Of a stretch of 52,944 bases of DNA, positions 49,068 through 52,944 are shown piece by piece. The translations under genes were made by a program, and so were the position numbers. Below the pieces are notes generated by a model, which had not been told where the DNA came from, ran no database searches, and saw only the letters and a program-made list of their open reading frames with translations. Origin of the DNA: a virus. Its lineage: Duplodnaviria; Caudoviricetes. How positions within the stretch are numbered: position 1 is the stretch's first letter; each line of letters begins with the position of its first letter. Where the stretch lies: the IMG/VR virus record IMGVR_UViG_3300009678_000068, positions 1 through 52,944 of that record. One strand, given 5' to 3'.

Positions 49068-49548
49068 GAACCGCAAGCCGAAGGCCGTCCCCCCGCCGCG
49101 CCAGCCTCCCATGACGGCGACGCTGGTCCCAGGGACAGACACCACGCTCGTGATCATTGCGCCGATGCACACGGTCTCTGAGGCGAATAGTCGCGAGCCC
49201 TGGTGGGAGAAAGCCGAGCGCGCCAAGCAGCAGCGCACGACCACGTATTACTGGTTACGCACGGTCCTCAAGACGCCAGAGGGCCTCTCCTGGCCGATGA
49301 CGATTACGCTCACACGCGTGGGGGTCCAGTTGCTCGATACACACGATGCGCTCCCAGGAAGTTTCAAGGCTATTGCAGATGGGGTTGCCGATTTTCTCTT
49401 GCAGTGCCCAGGCCAGGGCCATAAGTACGACAACGATCCCCGGCTCACCTGGCGCTACGACCAGCGCGTCTGCGTCAAAGGCAGGGAGCCCAGCTACGGC
49501 GTCGAGATTCGGTTTACCCCCACACTGGACGCAGAGGCGCGGCAGTAG
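49024..49548 (+). CDS. RusA-like Holliday junction resolvase
   Basis: SEAN, ITLTR...LD.D.L..SFKAIADG..D, D.DP..W.YDQ; start uncertain. Confidence 0.7.
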   Translation: MKRASWRKGPFPKIENRKPKAVPPPRQPPMTATLVPGTDTTLVIIAPMHTVSEANSREPWWEKAERAKQQRTTTYYWLRTVLKTPEGLSWPMTITLTRVGVQLLDTHDALPGSFKAIADGVADFLLQCPGQGHKYDNDPRLTWRYDQRVCVKGREPSYGVEIRFTPTLDAEARQ

Positions 49549-49554
49549 ACGTCC

Positions 49555-50653
49555 TGCGATCGCGAGGCACGGATACGCAAGGCAGGCATGGCAACGCACA
49601 GGCACGGCGCGTCTGATCAAGGCAAGCGCGGGCTTCGCGTGGCAGGCGAGCCCTGGAGTGGGCGGTGTCGACGGCAAGCGTAGGAGATGCGAGACGGGAC
49701 AAGCCCGGACAAGGACTGCCACGGCAGGCGTGGCGTGACTGGTGCGGCGCGCATGGGCACCGCGAGGAGTGACAGGGCAGGCGTGGTTGGTCGAGGCGGG
49801 ACAAGGCCTGACAAGGACTGCCACGGCAGGCGTGGCGGGTCGAGTCTCGGAGGCGCCAGCATTGGACGGTCCCGGCATCGTTGGGAGAGGCAGGCACGGC
49901 CAGCGAAGGGCGTCAAGGCATGCGCGGCGTGGCCTAGCGGCAGGCATGGTTCGTCGTTGCGAGTCGAGACCAAGGCGGAGAGGAGCGAGGCGCGGCAGGC
50001 GCGGACGGCCTTCGCGAGACGAGGGACGGGGCGTCATGGCCCTGCGGGCCTTCGCAAGGCGAGGACGCCAAGGCAGGCGTGGCATACGTGCCATGCAGAG
50101 TCGCGGCGTCGCAAGGCGCGGGAGCCAAGGCAAGGCGTCGACGGCAGGCACGCAGGGGCTCGCCATCGCACGCATAGGTGAGGCACGGCGTGGACGGCAG
50201 CCTGGGCACGGACGCTGGCGCAAGGAAGGCATCGCGAGCACGAGAGCGGCGGTTGCGCGAGGCACGGACAGGCGCGACGCGGGAAGGCAGGGTGGCTCGG
50301 ATGGCAGGGTGGCGCACGATGAGTCTCGGACAGCTATGGCCTGGCCCGGACAGGATCGCGGGTCACGGCAGGCCAGACACGCAGCGCGGAGGAGGCGCAC
50401 CGCCCGTCTTCCCAAGGTGGCACACGACACGGCAGGCATCGCGAGGGTTCGCGAGGCGGGACAAGGCCGTGATAGTTGAGGCACGGCAGGCTGCGCGCGC
50501 GAAGGGATCGCTCGCCACGGCGTGCACAGCCCTGGCAGACGAAGTCCCCGGCTGGGTAACGCCGGGCTCGGGACGCAGTCGGTCGGCACGGCAGGCGGGG
50601 AGTGTCACGGGCGGCACGGCCTGGCGAGACAGGGCGCTACGAGGCAAGGCAAG
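49555..50653 (+). repeat. Pentamer-periodic (GGY-like+NN) array, block 1
   Basis: 14 exact GGCAGGC delimiters, mostly 49-80 nt apart; no credible ORF. Confidence 0.8.
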
Positions 50654-50687
50654 TCATTATATATAAAAGAGTTAGGGCAAGATTTGT

Positions 50688-50716
50688 TTGACTTTGGCGG
50701 GGCACAAAGGTACACT
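50688..50716 (+). promoter_or_regulatory. Sigma70-like promoter of the antirepressor
   Basis: TTGACT-17 nt-TACACT. Confidence 0.75.
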
Positions 50717-50782
50717 ATCGGGACAGACAGCGGAGTGGGTCCGCTGTCTCCCCTAAACACACGCCTCTGTAAGGAGAAGCGT

Positions 50783-51601
50783 ATGCCTGACGTGAATCGT
50801 ACCACAGATCTGTCTCTCGTCCTTGATATTCATTCCTGTGTCATTGATGGAGAATGGACACAAACGGTAGATGCCCGCACGCTCTATGCCCATCTTGGAC
50901 ATACAACACGCTTCAATGACTGGATAACTCGTAGCATTAAAGAGTATGGATTTATCGAGGGGACGGATTACTTTTACTCTCCACAGAGTAAAACTACGCA
51001 AGGACGTCCACGAGATACCTATATGTTGAGCATCGATATAGCGAAACAGCTTGCTATGGTCGAGCGCAGCGCTATTGGACGCCAAGTCCGCGAGTATTTT
51101 CTTGCGTGCGAAAAAGCCATGGGCACCGGGGCTCTCGCGCAACGACTGGAAAGCCTCGAAGCCCGTCTCGCTGCCTTTGAGATCCCACAACCAACTGCCC
51201 ATCGCTTCACCATGCCTGAAGGACGCCCTCCACGGCACATGCACGTAGTGAACCCACCAACGATTGAGCGCTATGGACTGCCAGGGGTCAAGCGCACGAT
51301 GCCTGATGTCCAGATCGCCAAACGTGTTGAGGTATCCTGGCCCATGGCACAGGTCTGGCACTTTTTGCGGACCAACGATTACTGGTTCTGCAATAGTGAG
51401 CTAGCTAACTACACCGGCGTCAAAGAGCGTACAACACGTTCGTACACCTACTACTTCTATGGCGTCGGCTTATTGGCCTGTCAGGAGATATTCCCACAAC
51501 ATCTCTACAGGATGAAAAACGATGTAGACACACAGTTTCCAGAGATCGTTAGCCATCTTGATGCATGCTACGACATCTTGAAGAAGCGTGCGGAGTTTTA
51601 A
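50783..51601 (+). CDS. AntA/AntB antirepressor family protein with C-terminal HTH
   Basis: AAGGAG RBS; VDARTLY..L...F.DWI...I.EYGF.EG.DY, AKQLAMVE, G.QVREYF..CEK. Confidence 0.88.
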   Translation: MPDVNRTTDLSLVLDIHSCVIDGEWTQTVDARTLYAHLGHTTRFNDWITRSIKEYGFIEGTDYFYSPQSKTTQGRPRDTYMLSIDIAKQLAMVERSAIGRQVREYFLACEKAMGTGALAQRLESLEARLAAFEIPQPTAHRFTMPEGRPPRHMHVVNPPTIERYGLPGVKRTMPDVQIAKRVEVSWPMAQVWHFLRTNDYWFCNSELANYTGVKERTTRSYTYYFYGVGLLACQEIFPQHLYRMKNDVDTQFPEIVSHLDACYDILKKRAEF

Positions 51602-51644
51602 GGCATAACACGAGGGGGGGAGTAGTAATCCCTCCTTCCAACAA

Positions 51645-52236
51645 GCATGGCAGGCGAGCCATCGCTTGGCTCCGCCCGACACGGCACGCAGAGGCCTGGC
51701 TGGCTCCGCTTCGCGCGTCTGGGCAAGGGCGGGAGGGCATGGATCGCCAGGGCAGGCAGCGCGCGGTTCGGCGCGCCTTCGTGCGGTGTGCCATAACTAG
51801 GATTGGATGGCAGGCGAGCCCTTGCGTGGCTGGGTATTGGTCCGGCACGGCGGCACACGACGGCGCAAGGCACGGCGATCCACGGTATCGCAGGCGAGGC
51901 TAGGCGAGCGGTCGCGAGTCGAGCTGGCACATGGTTAGGATTGGACGGCAGGCGTGGGCAGTCCCGGAGTCGATGTCTCGTCCTCGCACGACTCGTCTAG
52001 ACATCGCATGGTTCGGCAGGCGAGACGTGTCCTGGTGCGGACTCCTACGCCAAGGCATGTCAAGGATTCGCAAGGCTCGGTAGCGGCTCAGCGCACGGGA
52101 AGGCTTCCCAAGGCCAGCTATCGTTGGGCGAGGCAGGCTCGGTACATGGCGCGGCCAGGTGTGGTCGGCACGGCGTGGACGGCAGGCACGCATAGGCGTT
52201 GCAGCGACAGCCTCGTCATCGCAAGGAGAGCGGAGC
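51645..52236 (+). repeat. Pentamer-periodic array, block 2
   Basis: GGCAGGC at 51649, 51751, 51809, 51947, 52015, 52132 and 52181. Confidence 0.75.
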
Positions 52237-52660
52237 TTGACATACTCCCAAGGTCAGAGACCTTGGGATTCTGGGATGTGTACCCAAAAGGATACGCGAT
52301 GGCTGCCCCGTATGAGGTCTTACTTCCATCTCTCCACAATGGTTCGATGCCCCGACCATGGATGCATCACCCGGAGGCGATACATCGCGTGTACCACTGT
52401 TCTCTCTTACAGCGTTATACGTTTTACGCGGAAGACTGCCTTCCGCAACCGCCTACGCATAGTTTCAAAGAGCCGCACGTGACAACGGATGAGTTGTTAG
52501 GCTGCTTTCCGTTGGCGTCACGTCGTAATAGTGTAAGTATACTTAGGAATATGTAACCTATGCAACAGATTCTTGTAGGCCAGCACCGCCAGTGCCTAAA
52601 GGCTAAGGATAGTGCCTTATATCCCAAGCTTGAAAGCTTGGGGTCTACGGCACCGAGGTT
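52237..52660 (-). mobile_element. Non-autonomous IS200/IS605-like element with omegaRNA-like RNA
   Basis: Right end GAATCCCAAGGTCTCTGACCTTGGGAGTATGTCAA; left-end hairpin CCCAAGCTT-AAGCTTGGG; no ORF. Confidence 0.78.
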
Positions 52661-52823
52661 CTAGACACGGCAGGCGAGGACCGTTAACGCCCGGCCCGGA
52701 TGGCGAGGACGGCGAGGCCAGGATAGGCAGGCGTGCATAGACGAGGAAGCGCCAGCCAGGGATAGGGAGACGCGGGAGGCAAGGCAGGCAGCGCCCGACA
52801 TGGTTTACCAAGGCGTGCACGCG
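52661..52823 (+). repeat. Pentamer-periodic array, block 3
   Basis: GGCAGGC at 52669, 52726 and 52783. Confidence 0.7.
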
Positions 52824-52944
52824 TTGACATACTCCCAAGGTCAGAGACCTTGGGATTCTGGGATGTGTCCCCCGAAGGAGACGCGCCGGTTGCCACCGAA
52901 GTGGGCTTACGGTCCGACTCTCCGCACCGGTTCAATGCCCTGAC
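52824..52944 (-). mobile_element. Third IS200/IS605-like right end, partial
   Basis: About 45 bp identical to 52237 onward, then compensatory changes; runs off the window. Confidence 0.78.

Noticed and set aside
49255-50666. Long ORFs (e.g. 444 aa on the minus strand) over the pentamer array
   Set aside because: R/A/P/G low complexity in every frame, caused by stop-poor repeat DNA.
50522-50782. N-terminal extension of the antirepressor
   Set aside because: It overlaps the array and promoter; a strong RBS supports ATG 50783.

Overview
The window is about 53 kb of a GC-rich, probably temperate tailed-phage (or phage-plasmid) genome; no host genes are recognisable. Positions 1-28.6 kb on the minus strand are the late/virion module: intein-bearing terminase large subunit, portal, scaffold, decoration protein, major capsid protein, three adaptor-like paralogs, LamG/Ig proteins, tail fibres and an OmpA lipoprotein. 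An AT-richer divergent region at about 28.6-29.7 kb contains a XerC/D dif-like site. Positions 29.7-52.9 kb, mostly on the plus strand, carry early genes (MoxR-type AAA ATPase with a vWA-like partner, DUF3560-methyltransferase), a cI/cro switch, replication genes, a DNA methyltransferase, NADAR/SLOG/NDT genes, a RusA-like resolvase and an antirepressor. Several structures are not shown by the ORF track. (1) A roughly 3 kb non-coding array of 5-nt-periodic (GGY-like + NN) units delimited by GGCAGGC is a candidate guide-RNA array. (2) The capsid gene is split by two homologous group I introns around a 21-nt micro-exon. (3) Three ORF-less IS200/IS605-type elements (two complete, about 420 bp) encode a structured omegaRNA-like RNA. 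(4) The two complete elements share a 30-bp promoter motif with terL and an HNH gene. (5) A 25-bp-period array is built from three alternating variable modules. All family calls are by eye from motifs; no database searches were run.
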